34,141 nucleotides of DNA from a virus. Its lineage: Duplodnaviria > Caudoviricetes. The DNA is taken from the IMG/VR virus record IMGVR_UViG_3300017553_000344, positions 1 to 34,141 of that record; one strand, written 5' to 3'. The notes below the pieces were generated by a model, which saw nothing but the letters and a program-made list of their open reading frames with translations, had not been told where the DNA came from and did no database searches. Each line of letters starts with the position of its first letter. The first letter of the stretch is position 1. Below, piece by piece: positions 16,368 to 25,742 of this stretch. The translations under genes were made by a program, and so were the position numbers.

Positions 16368-16410
16368 CGTCCGTAGAAAGCGCCCCGCCCTCGCCATAGC
16401 CTACCCGCAA
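16368..16410 (+). promoter_or_regulatory. Putative late promoter, copy 3 (leadered; tail tube)
   Basis: CGTCCGTAG at 16368, TAGCCT at 16397-16402, GGAG RBS, ATG 16431. Confidence 0.6.
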
Positions 16411-16430
16411 ATCCTCGCTGGAGTTGCGGA

Positions 16431-16883
16431 ATGTCCTATACCGACAAGCTAAAATCAACCCGCGTCGCCATTATGATGGGCGATGGCGCGACGCCCGAAG
16501 TTTTCTCGCCCATGTGCGGGATCACGACCAAGGGGTTCCAGCAAACCCGCGCAACCAGCGATACGGTGGATTGGGACTGCGCCGACCCGGATGCAACGCC
16601 GGTTACGGTTCGCGATGTCGGCGCGACGGACTGGACGATCAGCGGTTCGGGCCTCCTGCATCGCCCGCTGCTCGCGAAGGTTCAGGATGCTTTCGACAGC
16701 GCGGACGCGACCAACTACCGCTTCATGTTCGATGAGCCGACCGGCAGCGAAGTAATCGACGGCTACTATGAGGGGCCTGGCATCATCACCGATTTGAACA
16801 TCACCGGGACGAACGGCGAATATGTGCAGATCAGCATCACGATCAGCGCGGCCGGGGCGAAAGCCTTCGTGGCGAACGCCTGA
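16431..16883 (+). CDS. Major tail tube protein
   Basis: GDGATPE.F...CG.T, DC.DPD, WTISGSG, I.I..AG motifs. Confidence 0.9.
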   Translation: MSYTDKLKSTRVAIMMGDGATPEVFSPMCGITTKGFQQTRATSDTVDWDCADPDATPVTVRDVGATDWTISGSGLLHRPLLAKVQDAFDSADATNYRFMFDEPTGSEVIDGYYEGPGIITDLNITGTNGEYVQISITISAAGAKAFVANA

Positions 16884-16904
16884 GCGCGCAACAGCGCGAG
16901 GATG

Positions 16905-16933
16905 AAGGGCGGCTTTGGTGGGCCGCCCTTTTT
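16905..16933 (+). terminator. Rho-independent terminator after the tail tube gene
   Basis: AAGGGCGGC-loop-GCCGCCCTT followed by a T run; faces the convergent moron genes. Confidence 0.8.
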
Positions 16934-16973
16934 AATTTGCGGGGCACCCGCCCAGCGCGAGGCGGACGATCAC

Positions 16974-17339
16974 CTAGACCTCTATTTTCTGAACATCATG
17001 AACGTCAGGGAAGCAGTCTTTAACTCGTCCCCACGCAATTCGCGGGTTGCCCTTCGCAACCCCGTACCCCGTCATAATAGCGACGGTTTTCTCGCCTCGG
17101 TAAAGATCAACGACCGCGGTTGGTCTTTTCGCAGTCCCCCCCAAATTTTGGAAATACCATTCCAACCGCACCCAGTCGCCATTGTTCTGTTCTTTCAGCT
17201 TTGCATAAAGCCCATCGAACTTATCAGCGACACACTTCGCGGCATCGTCATACGGCTGGGTACTCTCAATTTTTATATATGATCTATCTGATGGCAATTG
17301 GATCGCGACCGCTGCGGTCGTCAATAAAGAAATAATCAT
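16974..17339 (-). CDS. Small exported protein (moron)
   Basis: Short hydrophobic N-terminus MIISLLTTAAVA, two Cys; lower GC; GGGG RBS. Confidence 0.65.
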   Translation of the reverse strand: MIISLLTTAAVAIQLPSDRSYIKIESTQPYDDAAKCVADKFDGLYAKLKEQNNGDWVRLEWYFQNLGGTAKRPTAVVDLYRGEKTVAIMTGYGVAKGNPRIAWGRVKDCFPDVHDVQKIEV

Positions 17340-17357
17340 TTACCGTCCCCTTGCGCG

Positions 17358-18428
17358 TTACTCGCCACCATCTAGCGCTTTTATCTGGTCAATGATTGAG
17401 GCGCTATATCGATAAATATCAGCCAAATCCGCGATGACGTTCTTTGTCTCTACTTTGCCTTCAAAAGTGCCCAAATATTTAGTGGATTGCCCGTTGAAGT
17501 GTAAACGCGCAATTGGCTTTCGGTTGTTGTCGTCCAAAAGGACGGCGCAATAGGACTTGGCGTCTCGCATTACTATGCGGCGCGGATCCACGGCCTGCGC
17601 ACCGATGGCCTGCACAATACGAAATCCCGAAATTTCCTCTTCAGTCGTTACAATATCATCCGCGGGCGCGGCAGGGTCATCATCCACGGTTTCAGTGGTA
17701 GTGGAGGCGTTGAGCGCTGAGGTGAGGCGATCAGTCACACTTTCCCTCACAATCGCGGCAAAGGCACTGGCAATCAGACGAGTGAAATTGTCCTTCACCT
17801 GCGCTGTCACGCGCCCCTGCTGTACCCGGCTCGCAATTATGCGTACCAGTTCCTCGGAGGGCGATGCCATTTCAGCTTCAATCTCCTTGCGAACCAGCGA
17901 TTCTAATTTGAGATTTTGCGCTTCCTGCACGATTTTATCGACTTCGAAATGTGCTTTCGTGAAATTCTCGATGATTTTCACGTCCGATTTGCGAACAGCG
18001 TCCAGGTTGAGCGTGAAGAATGGTTTATCATCCATCTTGTTCGGCTGGTCCACATCCGAATAAAACTGGTAGGCTACGCCATTTGTAAGAACCGCCAGTC
18101 TTGCATGCGTCACGCTGAAATAACGAAAAAGCTGCGATGCATGGTTGATGTTCAATTCCGACGAAGAAGGCTTGCACTCGATAAGAATCGACAGCTGCCC
18201 ATCGATACAGATGGCATAATCAACCTTCTCGCCTTTCTTCGTACCAACATCAGCACAGTATTCAGGAACCACCTCAGACGGGTTGAAAACATCATATCCG
18301 AGCATCTGGATGAAAGGCATAACAAGCGCGGTTTTGGCGGCCTCTTCAGTTAAAAGCACCTCTCTGTGTTTTTGCGTCCGCGTAACCAAATCAGTAAGTT
18401 TGCCCGCCAAATCCATAAAATCCCCCAT
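17358..18428 (-). CDS. HsdR_N-like PD-(D/E)xK nuclease-domain protein (stand-alone, moron)
   Basis: TEEAAKTAL.MPFI..LGYDVFNP.EVVPEY, GEKVDYAI, LIECK, QLFRYF, LTNG..Y.FY.D motifs; no hsdM/hsdS or helicase domain nearby. Confidence 0.85.
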   Translation of the reverse strand: MGDFMDLAGKLTDLVTRTQKHREVLLTEEAAKTALVMPFIQMLGYDVFNPSEVVPEYCADVGTKKGEKVDYAICIDGQLSILIECKPSSSELNINHASQLFRYFSVTHARLAVLTNGVAYQFYSDVDQPNKMDDKPFFTLNLDAVRKSDVKIIENFTKAHFEVDKIVQEAQNLKLESLVRKEIEAEMASPSEELVRIIASRVQQGRVTAQVKDNFTRLIASAFAAIVRESVTDRLTSALNASTTTETVDDDPAAPADDIVTTEEEISGFRIVQAIGAQAVDPRRIVMRDAKSYCAVLLDDNNRKPIARLHFNGQSTKYLGTFEGKVETKNVIADLADIYRYSASIIDQIKALDGGE

Positions 18429-18453
18429 AAAATTAAGCTACAAAGAGTCCGTC

Positions 18454-18495
18454 CGTCCGTAGAGCCACCCAACGCATACCGCCACGCTCGCGGCC
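18454..18495 (+). promoter_or_regulatory. Putative late promoter, copy 4
   Basis: (GTCC)3GTAG; CGTCCGTAG starts 42 nt before ATG 18496; CACGCT at -13; no SD. Confidence 0.65.
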
Positions 18496-18927
18496 ATGCA
18501 AACCGAGATCGACCTGCCTTTTGCAGACGGGGTTTACCTCTTCCGCCTCCCAATCAAGCGCATCTGCGAGATCGAGGAAAAGGCTGGCCCCATCGACCTC
18601 GTGAAACACCGGCTACTGCATGGTGGGTGGGGTATTCATGATGTCGTTGAGACGATCCGGCAGGGTCTTATCGGCGGCGGCAAGGGCGAGGTGAATGGCG
18701 CGCCGATCGAAATAACCGCCCTCCGCGCCAACAGCCTCATTGAAAACTATGTTGATGGCCACCCGCTGGCTCAGCACCACATCACCGCGAAAGCCATCAT
18801 CGCTGCGCTTTTCGTCGGCTACGCACCCGCGCAGGATAAAAAAAAAGCGCCAGTGAAGCGACCGAGCCGGAGAAAATCGACTGGGGAGTTGCCCTCCACA
18901 ACCTCAAGACGCTCGGCTTCGGACTAG
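18496..18927 (+). CDS. Tail assembly chaperone (gpG-like, GTA-gp10-like)
   Basis: F.DG.Y.FRL....I.EIEEK.G...ETIR.GLIGGG; between tube and TMP. Confidence 0.85.
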   Translation: MQTEIDLPFADGVYLFRLPIKRICEIEEKAGPIDLVKHRLLHGGWGIHDVVETIRQGLIGGGKGEVNGAPIEITALRANSLIENYVDGHPLAQHHITAKAIIAALFVGYAPAQDKKKAPVKRPSRRKSTGELPSTTSRRSASD

Positions 18928-19082
18928 CGGACGCGGAGCGCATCACCATGCCTGAATATGCGGCGCTGATCCACCATCACAACCTGACGAACGAGGATGG
19001 AGAGGAAGCGCCTCCGACCGCCGATGACGTGAACGCGATGTTCCTGCGCATGGAGCGCGCGGGCATTGGGAGGATTCACTGA
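18838..19082 (+). other. Programmed -1 frameshift site (A9) and gpGT-like extension frame
   Basis: GAT AAA AAA AAA GCG at 18835-18849; the -1 frame is open (SASEATEPEKIDWGVALHNL...ITMPEYAALI...GRIH) to TGA 19080-19082, which overlaps the TMP ATG. Confidence 0.85.
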
Positions 19083-21466
19083 TGGCCGTTACCGCTGACC
19101 GCGTTGTCGTAGAGCTTGAGGCCCGACTTGACCGATATGAGGCCAATGTCGCGCGCGCGGAAGCGAAGTTCGACAAAGCTATGACCGGCATCCAGAAAAG
19201 CGCCGGATCGACGGAAAAGTTCGTTGGCACCGCCATGCGATCGATGACGGCGGCGCTGGCTGGCGTGTCGGTTATCGCGCTGACCCGGCAATTTCTGTCG
19301 CTCGCGGATGAGGCGAAGAAACTGGACGCTACGCTCAAACTGGCGACGGCAGGCTTCGGATCGTTCGGGCAGGCGCAGAAGGACGTGCGGGCGATTGCGG
19401 ATGAGACGCGCTCCGGCCTATCTGAGACGGCCTCGCTTTATGCCAATTTCGTCCGGGGCGCGAAGGAACTTGGCGGGACTCAAGCGGAAGCCGCGCGCGC
19501 GACTGAGACGTTCTCCAAGTCGCTGAAAATCTCCGGTGCCGACGCTCAGCAGGCGGCCTCTGCGACTTTGCAATTCGGACAGGCGCTCGCGGCGGGCGCT
19601 CTTCGAGGCGACGAACTGAACAGCATCCTTGAGGCGTCCCCTCGCCTTGCCCGGCTGCTCGCGGAGAGCATGGGCAAGCCGATCGGCCAGATCAAACAGC
19701 TAGGCGAGCAGGGACTGCTCACCTCTGACAAGCTGCTCAAGGCGCTGACGGACAAGAAGTTCACCTCTGGAATCGACGCCGAGTTCAAAGAACTCCCCAT
19801 CACCTTCGATGATGCGATGACGAAGGTGAGCAACGCTGCGCTGGTGACATTCTCCGCGTTCGATCGTGGCGGCGAGTTCTCCACGGCGCTCGCAAACTTC
19901 GTGAGTGATGGATCTGATGGCTTCGCAGACCTTGAAAAAGCGGCCATGAATTTCGGCACGACTGTTCGGGCCGAGGTGGATGGCGCCGTCGCCATATTTC
20001 ATCAAGCGATCGAAACCGTCGATACGCTCGGCGGCGCGTTCGATAGCTTGGTTGATGGGCCTGTCGGTCGATTCATCGCCAAACTGAATGACATAGCGGG
20101 ATATCTCAACCCGCTGAATGATCTGGTCGGCATCATCCGAAGCAATGGCGCCTATCAAAGCGCCGCCAATACATCGCGCGCCAAAGCTCAGCTTCGGCAG
20201 GGCGAACGCTGGATTCAGCAGGCCAGCAGCGGCTATGACATTCTAGGCAACCCGGTAGCTGGCACGCCGGGCGGCCCACAAACCAAGGCCGCGGCGGCAA
20301 CGTCATCCGGGAAGAAGTCGGGCGGGACAAAGAAGCCGCCCCTCAACCCGGAGGCTTTCGCGCGCGAGGAATCCAGTCTCAACGACCAGATTTTGCGGCT
20401 CAAGGAAGAGCAGGCGCAAACGATCGAGGAAAGCGCGCGGTTCGAACTTGACCGGCTTGCGTCTGGCAAAGCGGCGGCTATCGCGGACATCAACAGCGAT
20501 AAGCGCTATACCGCCGCGCAGAAACAGCAGATCGTCGCGCTCACTGAAACCGTGTCGGCCATGGAGGCCGCTAAGGTCATTCGGGAGCGCGATTATGAGC
20601 TTGCCAAGCGCGCGTTCGATGAGGCGACGGACGCTAACCGCAGCCAGCAGGACTTGCTGCAATCGCAGCTTGATCTGGCAACGACCCGCGAAGAGCAATA
20701 CGCAATCGAGCAGCGCATCCTCAAGCTCAAGCAGTCTCAGGAGCGCGCCGAATATGAGCTTCTTACCCAGAGCAACAATGCGGTCGATGTCGCGCGCGGC
20801 AAGGCTGGTCTGGCCTCACTCGACCAGCGCCAGCCCAATGAGACGGCGGCGCTGGGGCGCAGTTACCAATCGCCTCTTGAGCGCTACGCGTCCGGCGCGG
20901 ATCGCGGCTCTGTTTCCGACCAGATCGAAAACTATGTCATCGATGAACTGGAGAGCGTGCAGGACAGCATCACGTCCGCGATCACGAAGAAACTCGGCGT
21001 CAAAGACCCGCTGCTTTCCAGCCTGATTGAACTGTTCATCCAGCAGCAGCTTATCCAGCCTCTCGCGCAGGCTCTTTCCGGAGCCGGCAGCCTTGGTTCG
21101 GCGGGCGGAATCATCGGAGCCGTTGGCGGCCTTCTCGGTTTCACTTCTGGCGGCTCCATGTCCATCGGTGGTCGCGGCGGCACGGACACGAACACGCTCA
21201 GCCTCAACGGACGGCCCATAGCCAATGTCAGCCGGGGTGAGACGCTGAGTGTCGGCAGCAAGGCGCTTTCCGGCCGCAGCGATGCAACGGTTGTGCAGCC
21301 GGTCATACAGGTAGACGCGCGCGGCGCGGTCATGAACGACCAGTTCGCGCAGATGATCCTGGCTCAAGCTAATCAGGGAGCCATTCAGGCCGCCGCCGCG
21401 ATGGGCAAGCAGGTCAATCAGAACGTCCCGGCGCGCATGGCTCAATATAGCAGGGATGGAACCTGA
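19082..21466 (+). CDS. Tape measure protein
   Basis: 794 aa Ala-rich helical; QFGQAL..G.LRGDELNSILE tape-measure motif. Confidence 0.95.
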   Translation: MAVTADRVVVELEARLDRYEANVARAEAKFDKAMTGIQKSAGSTEKFVGTAMRSMTAALAGVSVIALTRQFLSLADEAKKLDATLKLATAGFGSFGQAQKDVRAIADETRSGLSETASLYANFVRGAKELGGTQAEAARATETFSKSLKISGADAQQAASATLQFGQALAAGALRGDELNSILEASPRLARLLAESMGKPIGQIKQLGEQGLLTSDKLLKALTDKKFTSGIDAEFKELPITFDDAMTKVSNAALVTFSAFDRGGEFSTALANFVSDGSDGFADLEKAAMNFGTTVRAEVDGAVAIFHQAIETVDTLGGAFDSLVDGPVGRFIAKLNDIAGYLNPLNDLVGIIRSNGAYQSAANTSRAKAQLRQGERWIQQASSGYDILGNPVAGTPGGPQTKAAAATSSGKKSGGTKKPPLNPEAFAREESSLNDQILRLKEEQAQTIEESARFELDRLASGKAAAIADINSDKRYTAAQKQQIVALTETVSAMEAAKVIRERDYELAKRAFDEATDANRSQQDLLQSQLDLATTREEQYAIEQRILKLKQSQERAEYELLTQSNNAVDVARGKAGLASLDQRQPNETAALGRSYQSPLERYASGADRGSVSDQIENYVIDELESVQDSITSAITKKLGVKDPLLSSLIELFIQQQLIQPLAQALSGAGSLGSAGGIIGAVGGLLGFTSGGSMSIGGRGGTDTNTLSLNGRPIANVSRGETLSVGSKALSGRSDATVVQPVIQVDARGAVMNDQFAQMILAQANQGAIQAAAAMGKQVNQNVPARMAQYSRDGT

Positions 21467-22026
21467 TGGCCTTCCACCGCGAATCCACGCTCGTTTATAT
21501 CGCCTGCGACCCGCCCGCCGTTCTCTGGTCTGGCTTCGGGCCGCTGCCTGTTCCCGCCGATACGGTGATCCCCGAAGCATCAATCGCGCTGGGCGGCGCT
21601 GAACTGGTAAGCGTGCCGGACTTTCAGCAGTTGATTAATGGGACTGCCGAGCGCCTCGATTTCACCTTGTCCGGCGTCAGCGCCGAGATCGTGCGTCTTG
21701 CGCTTGAGGACGCGCCATCCGTGCGCGGCGCGCGCGTCGATATCGGGACGATCATCTTTGATGAGGACTGGCAGATTTCCTCCATCGAATGGGAGAATGT
21801 CTTTGAGGCCCGCTCGCTATCGATCAGCCGCCCGACCATGCAAAACAACCAGGTCACGCGCTCGATCACGCTGACAATTGTTCAGGGCGACACCACCCGT
21901 TCCCGGTCTAAATCCGCCTTTTTCACCGATGCGGACCAGCGCCGGAAATATCCGACCGATGCAATCTTCTCGCATGTCGGCGGGATAAATGCAGGGACTT
22001 CGCGCCGCTTTGGGCCTTCCGATTGA
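21466..22026 (+). CDS. Tail tip protein (minor tail)
   Basis: After TMP; W.G.G, FTLSGV, TDADQ...YP.D pattern. Confidence 0.7.
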   Translation: MAFHRESTLVYIACDPPAVLWSGFGPLPVPADTVIPEASIALGGAELVSVPDFQQLINGTAERLDFTLSGVSAEIVRLALEDAPSVRGARVDIGTIIFDEDWQISSIEWENVFEARSLSISRPTMQNNQVTRSITLTIVQGDTTRSRSKSAFFTDADQRRKYPTDAIFSHVGGINAGTSRRFGPSD

Positions 22027-22430
22027 TGGCCGATCTTGGAGCATTTCTCGTTGCTGCCGGCCAGCGCCGCCGCTCGCCCGGATCATGGGACTGCGCCTGC
22101 ATGCCTGCGGATTGGACGATAGCAAACGACTACGCGGACCCGATGGCGCAGCGGCGCGGCGCATATTCGACCGATGAGGAAGCGCACGCTTTCATTGAGG
22201 ACGCGGGTGGACTGGTTGCTCTCTTCGATGATTATCTTGGCCGCGTTGGAATAGTGCGCCGCTTGGGCGATCCGCAGATGGGCGACATCGGCGTCTTGTT
22301 TATCGGCGGACACACGGCAGGCGGCCTGTTCACCGGCGAGCGTTGGGCGCTGGTGGCGGAACGCGGGCTGGTTTTCACAGTAGCACCGGATCGAGCGGTC
22401 CAAGCTGTGTGGGAGGTGGTTCGTGGGTAA
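22026..22430 (+). CDS. Tail-associated NlpC/P60-like protein
   Basis: G.WDC....ADW, RG.YST, GDIG motifs; lambda gpK-like position. Confidence 0.65.
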   Translation: MADLGAFLVAAGQRRRSPGSWDCACMPADWTIANDYADPMAQRRGAYSTDEEAHAFIEDAGGLVALFDDYLGRVGIVRRLGDPQMGDIGVLFIGGHTAGGLFTGERWALVAERGLVFTVAPDRAVQAVWEVVRG

Positions 22431-25014
22431 GACGCTTACGAGCATCGCCCTGATTGGCGCGGCGGTGGCAGTCAATGTGGTTCCGGGCATCGGCAACGCG
22501 ATTTCGACAGGCATTTTCACGGCGCTTGGTGGGACCGCAGCGGCGGGGACGATCGCTATCGGCGCGACCTATGCGCTGACGACTGGCTTGACCTTGGCGG
22601 GCATCCAGTCCGCGACCGGTATCATCATGGGCAGCCCATCGCTGCCAAAGCCAGATACGACATCAACCGCGCTCAAAACCTCCCGCCCTCCCCGCGTTTC
22701 TGGATACGGCCTCTCTCGTCTTTATGGCGCGTATATCCTGTTCGAGACGGCCACGGATGGCACGGCGGTCGATGTCTATGTCATCCACGAAGGCAAGCTG
22801 ACCCAGATCATAGGCTGGTATCTCGGTGATGACGCCATCACGCTGTCCGGCAATATCGTGCAGGCCGGCACGGACGGGCGCTATGGCAGCAACAAGCTGC
22901 GCGTCTACTGGACGGACGGCAGCGCGCCGGGGGCCGGTCTGTCAGCCGTCACTGCCAAGCTGTCGGGCATCTGGACGGCTAACCATCGCGGCGATGGCGT
23001 CGTTCTTGCTTCGCTGCTGGCTACTCCGGTCAAAAGCGAGGACTTCCTCGACATTTACCCCAATGGCGTCCCATCGCTCTCCATGGTGGCGCAGTGGCAG
23101 AAATGCCCCGACCTTTGGGCCGCCGACCCAACCGACGAAAGCCAATGGACGTGGACCGAAAATTGCGTCCGCCACCTCGCGCATTATGTGTTGGTGCGTG
23201 AAGGCGCCGACTATGCGACCAAGATTGCTCCGACGCTGGCCTACTGGCGTGCCGCTCAGGATGTTTGCGACGAGGACATGGCTCTCAAGGCAGGCGGCAC
23301 GGAAAAGCGTTGGCGGTCATGTCTGAGCCACACGCACACGCAGAAGCACGGCGATGTGAAGTCCGCGCTGCTGGCTACCTGCGACGGCTGGATGGCCCCA
23401 CGCGCTGATGGCGCTCTCGTCGTCTATGCGGGCAAATATTACGAGCCGACCATCTCTATCGGGCCTGACGAGATCGTCGCCTACGAATGGAGCGGCGTCG
23501 GTGTCGATGATGACACTGCGGTCAACTATATCACCTGCTCTTATGTGAGCGCGGAGCATGATTACAATACGGTCGAGTGCGATCCGTGGACCGATGAGGA
23601 TGACATTTCGGAGCGCGGCGAGGAGCTGACGAACAGCCTTGATCCGCAGGTACCATCCCATGCGCAGGTACGCCGCCTTGCCAAGCGCATGATGCAGCGG
23701 ACCAATGCACTTTACCGCGGGACTGTGACGACGAACATTGCGGGCCGGATCGTTCGCGGTCATCGCTATATCAACCTGCATATCGAGGAAGCCGGGGCGG
23801 TCTTTTACAGCGGCCCGGCTGAGATCACCGCGATTACGCGCAACATGCAGACAGGGGGCGTCACGTTCACATGGGTCGCAGCTAATCCAGCTATCGATGA
23901 CTGGAACCCGGCAACCGAGGAAGGCGAACCCGCAGCCGTGGGCGATCGCGTTGCCTCACTCCCCCTCGAAGCGCCGGAGATCACCAGCGCGACGGCCGAA
24001 CTGTCTGCCGATGGCGTCACCGCGCAAGTCCGCATGGCGGTCGCCGCGCCGGATCGCGAGGATTTAACGTGGTTCACCCGCTGGAAATTGTCGAGCGAAA
24101 CGATTTGGAGCGAGGCGCAGAATGGCGACGTAGACCCCGGCTCTTCGGTTGAACTGCTGACCACGCTTGTCCCGACGAACGCTATGATAGATGTCACCGT
24201 CTCCTATCAGATCGGTGACGGGCGCGTTTCGCCATGGTCTGCGACTGAGGCTGTTGATACGTCGAGCACCGTCACCTATGACGCTGCCACGACCGCATAT
24301 ATCTCAGCTATGACGGTCGCCCCTTCGCCCGCCAGAAGGTTGCTGATCGATAGATTGGTCCGCGGGCTAAAGGCCGATGGCCTTTGGACCAAGCTCGACG
24401 CGCTTTGGCTCGCAGCGTCGCATGACGAGCAAGCGGCGCGCGTCAACCTCGTCAATCCATCCCAACTACTGACGGCCTACAATTCGCCTACCTTCACCGT
24501 AGATAAGGGGCTCCAGGGCGATGGTTCGTCGAGCTATCTGGGCGATGGGGTTAACCTCTCCACGCGCACGCAGTACCAGCAGGACAGCGCTTCACTTTTT
24601 GTCTGGGTCAACGCGGGGGCGACCTCGAACAGTGCGTTGGTTGGCAGTATGGGCACCTCGCCGGGAGCTTATATCGTACCGTCACGCGCGGCCTCCTCGG
24701 TCATGCGCTCGCGGCTGAACGATGCGACCAGCAGCGACAGCGGGGCCACGATCACGTCACCCATCGGCCTTTCTGCGATCTGCCGGGGAGCCTCGGGCGC
24801 CTACGCGCAATATCGCGGGAACGGACTGCTCAATTCGCCGTCAGTTACTAGCACCGGCGAACCCGCCGAACAATTCTGCATCGGCCGCGCAGGTGGCGCA
24901 TATAGCGCAAACCGCGTCGCCGCGGCGGGTATCGGCGGTGCGCTGACTGCCACCGAAGTGACGCTCCTCCATACCCGGCTGAATGACTATCTGTCCGCGA
25001 TCGGGGCGGCCTGA
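22423..25014 (+). CDS. Tail tip / host-specificity protein (gpJ-like) with C-terminal lectin-like domain
   Basis: PR..GYG..RL.G, W..NHR.DG, AA.DVCDE, Ig/FN3-like segment, C-terminal LK.DGLW.KLD beta domain. Confidence 0.8.
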   Translation: MGKTLTSIALIGAAVAVNVVPGIGNAISTGIFTALGGTAAAGTIAIGATYALTTGLTLAGIQSATGIIMGSPSLPKPDTTSTALKTSRPPRVSGYGLSRLYGAYILFETATDGTAVDVYVIHEGKLTQIIGWYLGDDAITLSGNIVQAGTDGRYGSNKLRVYWTDGSAPGAGLSAVTAKLSGIWTANHRGDGVVLASLLATPVKSEDFLDIYPNGVPSLSMVAQWQKCPDLWAADPTDESQWTWTENCVRHLAHYVLVREGADYATKIAPTLAYWRAAQDVCDEDMALKAGGTEKRWRSCLSHTHTQKHGDVKSALLATCDGWMAPRADGALVVYAGKYYEPTISIGPDEIVAYEWSGVGVDDDTAVNYITCSYVSAEHDYNTVECDPWTDEDDISERGEELTNSLDPQVPSHAQVRRLAKRMMQRTNALYRGTVTTNIAGRIVRGHRYINLHIEEAGAVFYSGPAEITAITRNMQTGGVTFTWVAANPAIDDWNPATEEGEPAAVGDRVASLPLEAPEITSATAELSADGVTAQVRMAVAAPDREDLTWFTRWKLSSETIWSEAQNGDVDPGSSVELLTTLVPTNAMIDVTVSYQIGDGRVSPWSATEAVDTSSTVTYDAATTAYISAMTVAPSPARRLLIDRLVRGLKADGLWTKLDALWLAASHDEQAARVNLVNPSQLLTAYNSPTFTVDKGLQGDGSSSYLGDGVNLSTRTQYQQDSASLFVWVNAGATSNSALVGSMGTSPGAYIVPSRAASSVMRSRLNDATSSDSGATITSPIGLSAICRGASGAYAQYRGNGLLNSPSVTSTGEPAEQFCIGRAGGAYSANRVAAAGIGGALTATEVTLLHTRLNDYLSAIGAA

Positions 25015-25022
25015 CCGCGTGG

Positions 25023-25064
25023 CGTCCGTAGAGCGCGCGGGCCTCTATATCCATCGTCGGGGAC
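25023..25064 (+). promoter_or_regulatory. Putative late promoter, copy 5
   Basis: CGTCCGTAG starts 42 nt before ATG 25065; CATCGT at -13. Confidence 0.65.
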
Positions 25065-25742
25065 ATGCTGGATGTCTTTCCGACCTGTAAATTCGCATTT
25101 GCGTCGCGTGAAGTCCGGGTGGTGCAGAACACCATTTCGGGCGGCACGTCTCTAGCCGGGGATGAGACGTTAATAGCATCTGACGGTGGTGGCCGCTGGG
25201 TCGCTGAATATGGTAACGCGCCGCTCAATCGCCGCGACAAGGTTTTGGCGTGGCGAGCCTTCCGGGCGATCATGGAGGGCGGCATTGTGCCGTTCGTTTT
25301 TCCAATCTGCGATGTCCGTCACCAGCCTATCAGCAGCAAACGATCGTTCGTCCTTCACAGCGATCAAACGCCGTTTAGCGACGACGCGGGTTATGATGGT
25401 AGCGGCGGAAACTCGGTAACGGCAACCGCCGCGCCTGTCCGCGCTACCAGCATCAGTATCAATATGAACCTTCTGGAAAAGCCGATCATCGGCGGCGAGC
25501 GGTTCAGTATCGACCACCCGACGATGCGTCACAGGCTTTACGAGATCAAACGCATAAGCGGTGAAACTATCGAGTTCCGGCCGCCTCTCAGAGAGGCTGT
25601 GGACGCTGGCACAGCAATCGAGTTCCGCGATCCCAAGTGCGTGATGCGCCTCACTTCCGACATGAACGCGCCTCTCGACGGCCCACGATTCGCCACCGGC
25701 TCGATCAGCCTCATTGAAGATATGACAGGGAATTACGACTGA
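25065..25742 (+). CDS. Distal-tail-like minor tail protein
   Basis: SL.G, GG.W, F.PPLREA, P.C.MRL motifs. Confidence 0.65.
   Translation: MLDVFPTCKFAFASREVRVVQNTISGGTSLAGDETLIASDGGGRWVAEYGNAPLNRRDKVLAWRAFRAIMEGGIVPFVFPICDVRHQPISSKRSFVLHSDQTPFSDDAGYDGSGGNSVTATAAPVRATSISINMNLLEKPIIGGERFSIDHPTMRHRLYEIKRISGETIEFRPPLREAVDAGTAIEFRDPKCVMRLTSDMNAPLDGPRFATGSISLIEDMTGNYD

Noticed and set aside
17358-18428. Complete type I restriction-modification system
   Set aside because: No hsdM, hsdS or helicase motor; the two phage MTases are unlinked orphans.
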